A stretch of 64,000 nucleotides of DNA from Eledone cirrhosa (lineage: Eukaryota). The position numbers and the translations under genes are program-made. This document shows positions 50,901 to 62,900 of this stretch, in pieces. The stretch lies in assembly GCA_964016885.1 (NCBI GenBank), contig OZ024754.1, positions 25,668,001 through 25,732,000 on the forward strand, read 5' to 3'. Numbering within the stretch: position 1 is the stretch's first letter; the number at the start of each line of letters is the position of its first letter. The notes beneath the pieces were generated by a model. That model did no database searches, was not told the DNA's origin, and saw nothing but the letters and a program-made list of their open reading frames with translations.

Positions 50901-53900
50901 CCCCTGAGAGTTTCTTCTCAGACAACCTGCTGCTGTCCACCTCGCCTGAGAGTTTCTTCTCAGACAACCTGTTGCTGTCCACCTCTCCCTGAGAGTTTCT
51001 TCTCAGACGACCTTCTGCTGTCCACCTGTCCTGAGAGTTTCTTCTCAGACAACCTGCCGCTGTCCACCTCTCCTGAGAGTTTCTTCTCAGACAACCTTCT
51101 GCTGTCCAGCTCTCCTGAGAGTTTCTTCTCAGACAACCTTCTGCTGTCCAGCTCTCCTGAGAGTTTCTTCTCAGACAACCTTCTGCTGTCCAGCTCTCCT
51201 GAGAGTTTCTTCTCAGACAACCTTCTGCTGTCCACCTCTCCTGAGAGTTTCTTCTCAGACAACCTTCTTCTGTCCACCTCTCCTGAGAGTTTCTTCTCAG
51301 ACAACCTGTTGCTGTCCAGCTCTCCTGAGAGTTTCTTCTCAGACAACCTTCTGCTGTCCACCTCTCCTGATAGTTTCTTCTCAGACGGCCTTCTGCTGTC
51401 CACCTCTCCTGAGAGTTTCTTCTCAGACAACCTTCTGCTGTCCAGCTCTCCTGAGAGTTTCTTCTCAGACAAGCTTCTGCTGTCCACCTCCCCTGAGAGT
51501 TTCTTCTCAGACGACCTTCTGCTGTCGAGCTCTCCCTGAGAGTCTCTTCTAAGACAACCTGCTGCTGTCCACCTCTCCTGAGAGTTTCTTCTCAGACAAC
51601 ATTCTGCTATCCACCTCTCCGGAGAGTTTCTTCTCAGACAACCTTCTGCTGTCCAGCTCTCCTGAGAGTTTCTCCTCAGACAACCTTCTGCTGTCCACCT
51701 CTCCTGAGAGTTTCTTCTCAGACGACATTCTGCTGTCCAGCTCTCCTGAGAGTTTCTTCTCGGACAAACTGCTGCTGTCCACCTCTCCTGAGAGTTTCTT
51801 CTCAGACAACCTGCTGCTGTCCACCTCTCCTGAGAGTTTCTTCTCAGACGACCTTCTGCTGTCCAGCTCTCCTGAGAGTTTCTTCTCAGACAACCTGCTG
51901 CTGTCCACCTCTCCTGAGAGTTTCTTCTCAGACAACCTTCTGCTGTCCAGCTCTCCCTGAGAGTTTCTTCTTAGACAACCTTCTGCTGTCCAGCTCTCAC
52001 TGAGAGTTTCTTCTCAGACGACCTTCTGCTGTCCAGCTCTCCTGAGAGTTTCTTCTCAGACGACCTTCTGTGTCCGCCTCTCCTGAGAGTTTCTTCTCAG
52101 ACAACCTGCTGCTGTCCAGCTCTCCCTGAGAGTTTCTTCTCAGACGACCTTCTGCTGTCCACCTCTCCTGAGAGTTTCTTCTCAGACAACCTTCTGCTGT
52201 CCACCTCTCCTGAGAGTTTCTTCTCAGACGACCTTCTGCTGTCCAGCTCTCCTGAGAGTTTCTTCTCAGACGACCTTCTGCTGTCCACCTCTCCTGAGAG
52301 TTTCTTCTCAGACAACCTTCTGCTGTCCACCTCTCTCTGAGAGATTCATCTCAGACAACCTGTGGCTGTCCAGCTCTCCCTGAGAGTTTCTTCTCAGACG
52401 ACCTTCTGCTGTCCAGCTCTCCTGGCAGTTTCTTCTCAGACAATCTTCTGCTGTCCAGCTGTCCTAAAAGTTTCTTCTCAGACAACCTTCTGCTGTCCAC
52501 CTCTCCTGAGAGTTTCTTCTCAGACAACCTTCTGCTGTCCAGATCTCCTGAGAGTTTCTTCTCAGACGACCTTCTGCTGTCCAGCTCTCCTGAGAGTTTC
52601 TTCTCAGACAACCTTCTGCTGTCCAGCTCTCCTGAGAGTTTCTTCTCAGACAACCTGCTGCTGTCCACCTCTCCTGAGAGTTTCTTCTCAGACAACCTGC
52701 TGCTGTCCACCTCTCCTGAGAGTTTCTTCTCAGACGACCTTCTGCTGTCCAGCTCTCCTGAGAGTTTCTTCTCAGACAACCTTCTGCTGTCCAGCTCTCC
52801 TGAGAGTTTCTTCTCAGACAACCTTCTGCTGTCCAGCTCTCCTGAGAGTTTCTTCTCAGACAACCTGCTGCTGTCCACCTCTCCTGAGAATTTCTTCTCA
52901 GACAACCTGTTGCTGTCCACCTCTCCTGAGAGTTTCTTCTCAGACAAGCTGTTGCTGTCCACCTCTCCTGAGAGTTTCTTCTCAGACAACCTTCTGCTGT
53001 CCAGCTCTCCTGAGAGTTTCTTCTCAGACAACCTGCTGCTGTCCAGCTCTCCTGAGAGTTTCTTCTCAGACGACCTTCTGCTGTTCACCTGTCCTGAGAG
53101 TTTCTTCTCAGACAACCTGCTGCTGTCCACCTCTCCTGAGAGTTTCTTCTCAGACGACATTCTGCTGTCCAGCTCTCCTGAGAGTTTCTTCTCAGACAAC
53201 CTTCTGCTGTCCAGCTCTCCTGAGAGTTTCTTCTCAGACAACCTGCTGCTGTCCACCTCTCCTGAGAGTTTCTTCTCAGACAACCTGCTGCTGTCCACCT
53301 CTCCTGAAAGTTTCTTCTCAGACGACCTTATGCTGTCCAGCTCTCCTGAGAGTTTCTTCTCAGACAACCTTCTGCTGTCCAGCTCTCCTGAGAGTTTCTT
53401 CTCAGACAACCTGCTGCTGTCCAGCTCTCCTGAGAGTTTCTTCTCAGACAACCTGCTGCTGTCCACCTCTCCTGAGAATTTCTTCTCAGACAACCTGTTG
53501 CTGTCCACCTCTCCTGAGAGTTTCTTCACAGACAAGCTGTTGCTGTCCAGCTCTCCCTGAGAGATTCTTCTCAGACGACCTTCTGCTGTTCACCTGTCCT
53601 GAGAGTTTCTTCTCAGACAACCTGCCGCTGTCCACCTCTCCTGAGAGTTTCTTCTCAGACAACCTGTTGCTGTCCAGCTCTCCCTGAGAGTTTCTTCTCA
53701 GACAACCTGCTGCTGTGCACCTCTCCTGAGAGTTTCTTGTCAGACAACCTGCTGCTGTCCACCTCTCCTGAGAGTTTCTTCTCAGGCAACCTGTTTCTGT
53801 CCACCTCTCCCTGAGAGTTTCTTCTCAGACAACCTGCTGCCTTCTATCTCTCCTGAGAGTTTCTTCTCAGACAACCTGCTGCTGTCCACCTCTCCTGAGA

Positions 53901-56900
53901 GTTTCTTCTCACACGACCTACTGCTGTTCAGCTCTCCCTGAGAGTTTCTTCTCAAACAACCTTCTGCTGTCAACCTCTCCTGAGAGTTTCTTCTCAGACA
54001 ACCTTCTGCTGTCCAGCTCTCCTGAGAGTTTCTTCTCAGACAACCTGTTGCTGTCCAGCTCTCCTGAGAGTTTCTTCCCAGACAACCTTATGCTGTCCAC
54101 CTCTCCTGAGAGTTTCTTCTCAGACGACCTTCTGCTGTCCACCTCTCCTGAGAGTTTCTTCTCAGACAACCTTCTGCTGTCCAGCTCTCCTGAGAGTTTC
54201 TTCTCAGACAAGCTTCTGCTGTCCACCTCCCCTGAGAGTTTCTTCTCAGACGACCTGCCGCTGTCCAGCTCTCCCTGAGAGTTTCTTCTCAAACAACCTT
54301 CTGCTGTCAACCTCTCCTGAGAGTTTCTTCTCAGACAACCTTCTGCTGTCCAGCTCTCCTGAGAGTTTCTTCTCAGACAACCTTCTGCTGTCCACCTCTC
54401 CTGAGAGTTTCTTCTCAGACGACCTTCTGCTGTCCAGCTCTCCTGAGAGTTTCTTCTCAGACAACCTGCTGCTGTCCACCTCTCCTGAGAGTTTCTTCTC
54501 AGACAACCTTCTGCTGTCCAGCTCTCCCTGAGAGTTTCTTCTTAGACAACCTTCTGCTGTCCAGCTCTCACTGAGAGTTTCTTCTCAGACGACCTTCTGC
54601 TGTCCAGCTCTCCTGAGAGTTTCTTCTCAGACGACCTTCTGTGTCCGCCTCTCCTGAGAGTTTCTTCTCAGACAACCTGCTGCTGTCCAGCTCTCCCTGA
54701 GAGTTTCTTCTCAGACGACCTTCTGCTGTCCACCTCTCCTGAGAGTTTCTTCTCAGACAACCTTCTGCTGTCCACCTCTCCTGAGAGTTTCTTCTCAGAC
54801 GACCTTCTGCTGTCCAGCTCTCCTGAGAGTTTCTTCTCAGACGACCTTCTGCTGTCCACCTCTCCTGAGAGTTTCTTCTCAGACAACCTTCTGCTGTCCA
54901 CCTCTCTCTGAGAGATTCATCTCAGACAACCTGTGGCTGTCCAGCTCTCCCTGAGAGTTTCTTCTCAGACGACCTTCTGCTGTCCAGCTCTCCTGGCAGT
55001 TTCTTCTCAGACAATCTTCTGCTGTCCAGCTGTCCTAAAAGTTTCTTCTCAGACAACCTTCTGCTGTCCACCTCTCCTGAGAGTTTCTTCTCAGACAACC
55101 TTCTGCTGTCCAGATCTCCTGAGAGTTTCTTCTCAGACGACCTTCTGCTGTCCAGCTCTCCTGAGAGTTTCTTCTCAGACAACCTTCTGCTGTCCAGCTC
55201 TCCTGAGAGTTTCTTCTCAGACAACCTGCTGCTGTCCACCTCTCCTGAGAGTTTCTTCTCAGACAACCTGCTGCTGTCCACCTCTCCTGAGAGTTTCTTC
55301 TCAGACGACCTTCTGCTGTCCAGCTCTCCTGAGAGTTTCTTCTCAGACAACCTTCTGCTGTCCAGCTCTCCTGAGAGTTTCTTCTCAGACAACCTTCTGC
55401 TGTCCAGCTCTCCTGAGAGTTTCTTCTCAGACAACCTGCTGCTGTCCACCTCTCCTGAGAATTTCTTCTCAGACAACCTGTTGCTGTCCACCTCTCCTGA
55501 GAGTTTCTTCTCAGACAAGCTGTTGCTGTCCACCTCTCCTGAGAGTTTCTTCTCAGACAACCTTCTGCTGTCCAGCTCTCCTGAGAGTTTCTTCTCAGAC
55601 AACCTGCTGCTGTCCAGCTCTCCTGAGAGTTTCTTCTCAGACGACCTTCTGCTGTTCACCTGTCCTGAGAGTTTCTTCTCAGACAACCTGCTGCTGTCCA
55701 CCTCTCCTGAGAGTTTCTTCTCAGACGACATTCTGCTGTCCAGCTCTCCTGAGAGTTTCTTCTCAGACAACCTTCTGCTGTCCAGCTCTCCTGAGAGTTT
55801 CTTCTCAGACAACCTGCTGCTGTCCACCTCTCCTGAGAGTTTCTTCTCAGACAACCTGCTGCTGTCCACCTCTCCTGAAAGTTTCTTCTCAGACGACCTT
55901 ATGCTGTCCAGCTCTCCTGAGAGTTTCTTCTCAGACAACCTTCTGCTGTCCAGCTCTCCTGAGAGTTTCTTCTCAGACAACCTGCTGCTGTCCAGCTCTC
56001 CTGAGAGTTTCTTCTCAGACAACCTGCTGCTGTCCACCTCTCCTGAGAATTTCTTCTCAGACAACCTGTTGCTGTCCACCTCTCCTGAGAGTTTCTTCAC
56101 AGACAAGCTGTTGCTGTCCAGCTCTCCCTGAGAGATTCTTCTCAGACGACCTTCTGCTGTTCACCTGTCCTGAGAGTTTCTTCTCAGACAACCTGCCGCT
56201 GTCCACCTCTCCTGAGAGTTTCTTCTCAGACAACCTGTTGCTGTCCAGCTCTCCCTGAGAGTTTCTTCTCAGACAACCTGCTGCTGTGCACCTCTCCTGA
56301 GAGTTTCTTGTCAGACAACCTGCTGCTGTCCACCTCTCCTGAGAGTTTCTTCTCAGGCAACCTGTTTCTGTCCACCTCTCCCTGAGAGTTTCTTCTCAGA
56401 CAACCTGCTGCCTTCTATCTCTCCTGAGAGTTTCTTCTCAGACAACCTGCTGCTGTCCACCTCTCCTGAGAGTTTCTTCTCACACGACCTACTGCTGTTC
56501 AGCTCTCCCTGAGAGTTTCTTCTCAAACAACCTTCTGCTGTCAACCTCTCCTGAGAGTTTCTTCTCAGACAACCTTCTGCTGTCCAGCTCTCCTGAGAGT
56601 TTCTTCTCATACAACCTGTTGCTGTCCAGCTCTCCTGAGAGTTTCTTCCCAGACAACCTTATGCTGTCCACCTCTCCTGAGAGTTTCTTCTCAGACGACC
56701 TTCTGCTGTCCACCTCTCCTGAGAGTTTCTTCTCAGACAACCTTCTGCTGTCCAGCTCTCCTGAGAGTTTCTTCTCAGACAAGCTTCTGCTGTCCACCTC
56801 CCCTGAGAGTTTCTTCTCAGACAACCTGCTGCTGTCCACCTCGCCTGAGAGTTTCTTCTCAGACAACCTGTTGCTGTCCACCTCTCCCTGAGAGTTTCTT

Positions 56901-59900
56901 CTCAGACGACCTTCTGCTGTTCACCTGTCCTGAGAGTTTCTTCTCAGACAACCTGCCGCTGTCCACCTCTCCTGAGAGTTTCTTCTCAGACAACCTGTTG
57001 CTGTCCAGCTCTCCCTGAGAGTTTCTTCTCAGACAACCTGCTGCTGTGCACCTCTCCTGAGAGTTTCTTGTCAGACAACCTGCTGCTGTCCACCTCTCCT
57101 GAGAGTTTCTTCTCAGACAACCTGCTGCTGTCCACCTCTCCTGAGAGTTTCTTCTCAGACGACCTTCTGCTGTCCAGCTCTCCTGAGAGTTTCTTCTCAG
57201 ACAACCTGTTGCTGTCCAGCTCTCCCTGAGAGTTTCTTCTCAGACAACCTGCTGCTGTCCAGCTCTCCTGAGAGTTTCTTCTCAGACAACCTGCTGCTGT
57301 CCACCTCTCCTGAGAGTTTCTTCTCAGACAACCTGCTGCTGTCCACCTCTCCTGAGAGTTTCTTCTCAGACGACCTTCTGCTGTCCAGCTCTCCTGAGAG
57401 TTTCTTCTCAGACAACCTTCTGCTGTCCAGCTCTCCTGAGAGTTTCTTCTCAGACAACCTTCTGCTGTCCAGCTCTCCTGAGAGTTTCTTCTCAGACAAC
57501 CTGCTGCTGTCCACCTCTCCTGAGAATTTCTTCTCAGACAACCTGTTGCTGTCCACCTCTCCTGAGAGTTTCTTCTCAGACAAGCTGTTGCTGTCCACCT
57601 CTCCTGAGAGTTTCTTCTCAGACAACCTTCTGCTGTCCAGCTCTCCTGAGAGTTTCTTCTCAGACAACCTGCTGCTGTCCAGCTCTCCTGAGAGTTTCTT
57701 CTCAGACGACCTTCTGCTGTTCACCTGTCCTGAGAGTTTCTTCTCAGACAACCTGCTGCTGTCCACCTCTCCTGAGAGTTTCTTCTCAGACGACATTCTG
57801 CTGTCCAGCTCTCCTGAGAGTTTCTTCTCAGACAACCTTCTGCTGTCCAGCTCTCCTGAGAGTTTCTTCTCAGACAACCTGCTGCTGTCCACCTCTCCTG
57901 AGAGTTTCTTCTCAGACAACCTGCTGCTGTCCACCTCTCCTGAAAGTTTCTTCTCAGACGACCTTATGCTGTCCAGCTCTCCTGAGAGTTTCTTCTCAGA
58001 CAACCTTCTGCTGTCCAGCTCTCCTGAGAGTTTCTTCTCAGACAACCTGCTGCTGTCCAGCTCTCCTGAGAGTTTCTTCTCAGACAACCTGCTGCTGTCC
58101 ACCTCTCCTGAGAATTTCTTCTCAGACAACCTGTTGCTGTCCACCTCTCCTGAGAGTTTCTTCACAGACAAGCTGTTGCTGTCCAGCTCTCCCTGAGAGA
58201 TTCTTCTCAGACGACCTTCTGCTGTTCACCTGTCCTGAGAGTTTCTTCTCAGACAACCTGCCGCTGTCCACCTCTCCTGAGAGTTTCTTCTCAGACAACC
58301 TGTTGCTGTCCAGCTCTCCCTGAGAGTTTCTTCTCAGACAACCTGCTGCTGTGCACCTCTCCTGAGAGTTTCTTGTCAGACAACCTGCTGCTGTCCACCT
58401 CTCCTGAGAGTTTCTTCTCAGGCAACCTGTTTCTGTCCACCTCTCCCTGAGAGTTTCTTCTCAGACAACCTGCTGCCTTCTATCTCTCCTGAGAGTTTCT
58501 TCTCAGACAACCTGCTGCTGTCCACCTCTCCTGAGAGTTTCTTCTCACACGACCTACTGCTGTTCAGCTCTCCCTGAGAGTTTCTTCTCAAACAACCTTC
58601 TGCTGTCAACCTCTCCTGAGAGTTTCTTCTCAGACAACCTTCTGCTGTCCAGCTCTCCTGAGAGTTTCTTCTCAGACAACCTGTTGCTGTCCAGCTCTCC
58701 TGAGAGTTTCTTCCCAGACAACCTTATGCTGTCCACCTCTCCTGAGAGTTTCTTCTCAGACGACCTTCTGCTGTCCACCTCTCCTGAGAGTTTCTTCTCA
58801 GACAACCTTCTGCTGTCCAGCTCTCCTGAGAGTTTCTTCTCAGACAAGCTTCTGCTGTCCACCTCCCCTGAGAGTTTCTTCTCAGACGACCTGCCGCTGT
58901 CCAGCTCTCCCTGAGAGTTTCTTCTCAAACAACCTTCTGCTGTCAACCTCTCCTGAGAGTTTCTTCTCAGACAACCTTCTGCTGTCCAGCTCTCCTGAGA
59001 GTTTCTTCTCAGACAACCTTCTGCTGTCCACCTCTCCTGAGAGTTTCTTCTCAGACGACCTTCTGCTGTCCAGCTCTCCTGAGAGTTTCTTCTCAGACAA
59101 CCTGCTGCTGTCCACCTCTCCTGAGAGTTTCTTCTCAGACAACCTTCTGCTGTCCAGCTCTCCCTGAGAGTTTCTTCTTAGACAACCTTCTGCTGTCCAG
59201 CTCTCACTGAGAGTTTCTTCTCAGACGACCTTCTGCTGTCCAGCTCTCCTGAGAGTTTCTTCTCAGACGACCTTCTGTGTCCGCCTCTCCTGAGAGTTTC
59301 TTCTCAGACAACCTGCTGCTGTCCAGCTCTCCCTGAGAGTTTCTTCTCAGACGACCTTCTGCTGTCCACCTCTCCTGAGAGTTTCTTCTCAGACAACCTT
59401 CTGCTGTCCACCTCTCCTGAGAGTTTCTTCTCAGACGACCTTCTGCTGTCCAGCTCTCCTGAGAGTTTCTTCTCAGACGACCTTCTGCTGTCCACCTCTC
59501 CTGAGAGTTTCTTCTCAGACAACCTTCTGCTGTCCACCTCTCTCTGAGAGATTCATCTCAGACAACCTGTGGCTGTCCAGCTCTCCCTGAGAGTTTCTTC
59601 TCAGACGACCTTCTGCTGTCCAGCTCTCCTGGCAGTTTCTTCTCAGACAATCTTCTGCTGTCCAGCTGTCCTAAAAGTTTCTTCTCAGACAACCTTCTGC
59701 TGTCCACCTCTCCTGAGAGTTTCTTCTCAGACAACCTTCTGCTGTCCAGATCTCCTGAGAGTTTCTTCTCAGACGACCTTCTGCTGTCCAGCTCTCCTGA
59801 GAGTTTCTTCTCAGACAACCTTCTGCTGTCCAGCTCTCCTGAGAGTTTCTTCTCAGACAACCTGCTGCTGTCCACCTCTCCTGAGAGTTTCTTCTCAGAC

Positions 59901-62900
59901 AACCTGCTGCTGTCCACCTCTCCTGAGAGTTTCTTCTCAGACGACCTTCTGCTGTCCAGCTCTCCTGAGAGTTTCTTCTCAGACAACCTTCTGCTGTCCA
60001 GCTCTCCTGAGAGTTTCTTCTCAGACAACCTTCTGCTGTCCAGCTCTCCTGAGAGTTTCTTCTCAGACAACCTGCTGCTGTCCACCTCTCCTGAGAATTT
60101 CTTCTCAGACAACCTGTTGCTGTCCACCTCTCCTGAGAGTTTCTTCTCAGACAAGCTGTTGCTGTCCACCTCTCCTGAGAGTTTCTTCTCAGACAACCTT
60201 CTGCTGTCCAGCTCTCCTGAGAGTTTCTTCTCAGACAACCTGCTGCTGTCCAGCTCTCCTGAGAGTTTCTTCTCAGACGACCTTCTGCTGTTCACCTGTC
60301 CTGAGAGTTTCTTCTCAGACAACCTGCTGCTGTCCACCTCTCCTGAGAGTTTCTTCTCAGACGACATTCTGCTGTCCAGCTCTCCTGAGAGTTTCTTCTC
60401 AGACAACCTTCTGCTGTCCAGCTCTCCTGAGAGTTTCTTCTCAGACAACCTGCTGCTGTCCACCTCTCCTGAGAGTTTCTTCTCAGACAACCTGCTGCTG
60501 TCCACCTCTCCTGAAAGTTTCTTCTCAGACGACCTTATGCTGTCCAGCTCTCCTGAGAGTTTCTTCTCAGACAACCTTCTGCTGTCCAGCTCTCCTGAGA
60601 GTTTCTTCTCAGACAACCTGCTGCTGTCCAGCTCTCCTGAGAGTTTCTTCTCAGACAACCTGCTGCTGTCCACCTCTCCTGAGAATTTCTTCTCAGACAA
60701 CCTGTTGCTGTCCACCTCTCCTGAGAGTTTCTTCACAGACAAGCTGTTGCTGTCCAGCTCTCCCTGAGAGATTCTTCTCAGACGACCTTCTGCTGTTCAC
60801 CTGTCCTGAGAGTTTCTTCTCAGACAACCTGCCGCTGTCCACCTCTCCTGAGAGTTTCTTCTCAGACAACCTGCTGCTGTCCACCTCTCCTGAAAGTTTC
60901 TTCTCAGACGACCTTATGCTGTCCAGCTCTCCTGAGAGTTTCTTCTCAGACAACCTTCTGCTGTCCAGCTCTCCTGAGAGTTTCTTCTCAGACAACCTGC
61001 TGCTGTCCAGCTCTCCTGAGAGTTTCTTCTCAGACAACCTGCTGCTGTCCACCTCTCCTGAGAATTTCTTCTCAGACAACCTGTTGCTGTCCACCTCTCC
61101 TGAGAGTTTCTTCACAGACAAGCTGTTGCTGTCCAGCTCTCCCTGAGAGATTCTTCTCAGACGACCTTCTGCTGTTCACCTCTCTCTGAGAGATTCATCT
61201 CAGACAACCTGTGGCTGTCCAGCTCTCCCTGAGAGTTTCTTCTCAGACGACCTTCTGCTGTCCAGCTCTCCTGGCAGTTTCTTCTCAGACAATCTTCTGC
61301 TGTCCAGCTGTCCTAAAAGTTTCTTCTCAGACAACCTTCTGCTGTCCACCTCTCCTGAGAGTTTCTTCTCAGACAACCTTCTGCTGTCCAGATCTCCTGA
61401 GAGTTTCTTCTCAGACGACCTTCTGCTGTCCAGCTCTCCTGAGAGTTTCTTCTCAGACAACCTTCTGCTGTCCAGCTCTCCTGAGAGTTTCTTCTCAGAC
61501 AACCTGCTGCTGTCCACCTCTCCTGAGAGTTTCTTCTCAGACAACCTGCTGCTGTCCACCTCTCCTGAGAGTTTCTTCTCAGACGACCTTCTGCTGTCCA
61601 GCTCTCCTGAGAGTTTCTTCTCAGACAACCTGCCGCTGTCCACCTCTCCTGAGAGTTTCTTCTCAGACAACCTGTTGCTGTCCAGCTCTCCCTGAGAGAT
61701 TCTTCTCAGACGACCTTCTGCTGTTCACCTGTCCTGAGAGTTTCTTCTCAGACAACCTGCCGCTGTCCACCTCTCCTGAGAGTTTCTTCTCAGACAACCT
61801 GCTGCTGTCCACCTCTCCTGAAAGTTTCTTCTCAGACGACCTTATGCTGTCCAGCTCTCCTGAGAGTTTCTTCTCAGACAACCTTCTGCTGTCCAGCTCT
61901 CCTGAGAGTTTCTTCTCAGACAACCTGCTGCTGTCCAGCTCTCCTGAGAGTTTCTTCTCAGACAACCTGCTGCTGTCCACCTCTCCTGAGAATTTCTTCT
62001 CAGACAACCTGTTGCTGTCCACCTCTCCTGAGAGTTTCTTCACAGACAAGCTGTTGCTGTCCAGCTCTCCCTGAGAGATTCTTCTCAGACGACCTTCTGC
62101 TGTTCACCTCTCTCTGAGAGATTCATCTCAGACAACCTGTGGCTGTCCAGCTCTCCCTGAGAGTTTCTTCTCAGACGACCTTCTGCTGTCCAGCTCTCCT
62201 GGCAGTTTCTTCTCAGACAATCTTCTGCTGTCCAGCTGTCCTAAAAGTTTCTTCTCAGACAACCTTCTGCTGTCCACCTCTCCTGAGAGTTTCTTCTCAG
62301 ACAACCTTCTGCTGTCCAGATCTCCTGAGAGTTTCTTCTCAGACGACCTTCTGCTGTCCAGCTCTCCTGAGAGTTTCTTCTCAGACAACCTTCTGCTGTC
62401 CAGCTCTCCTGAGAGTTTCTTCTCAGACAACCTGCTGCTGTCCACCTCTCCTGAGAGTTTCTTCTCAGACAACCTGCTGCTGTCCACCTCTCCTGAGAGT
62501 TTCTTCTCAGACGACCTTCTGCTGTCCAGCTCTCCTGAGAGTTTCTTCTCAGACAACCTTCTGCTGTCCAGCTCTCCTGAGAGTTTCTTCTCAGACAACC
62601 TTCTGCTGTCCAGCTCTCCTGAGAGTTTCTTCTCAGACAACCTGCTGCTGTCCACCTCTCCTGAGAATTTCTTCTCAGACAACCTGTTGCTGCCCACCTC
62701 TCCTGAGAGTTTCTTCTCAGACGACCTTCTGCTGTCCACCTCTCCTGAGAGTTTCTTCTCAGACAACCTTCTGCTGTCCACCTCTCTCTGAGAGATTCAT
62801 CTCAGACAACCTGTGGCTGTCCAGCTCTCCCTGAGAGTTTCTTCTCAGACGACCTTCTGCTGTCCAGCTCTCCTGGCAGTTTCTTCTCAGACAATCTTCT

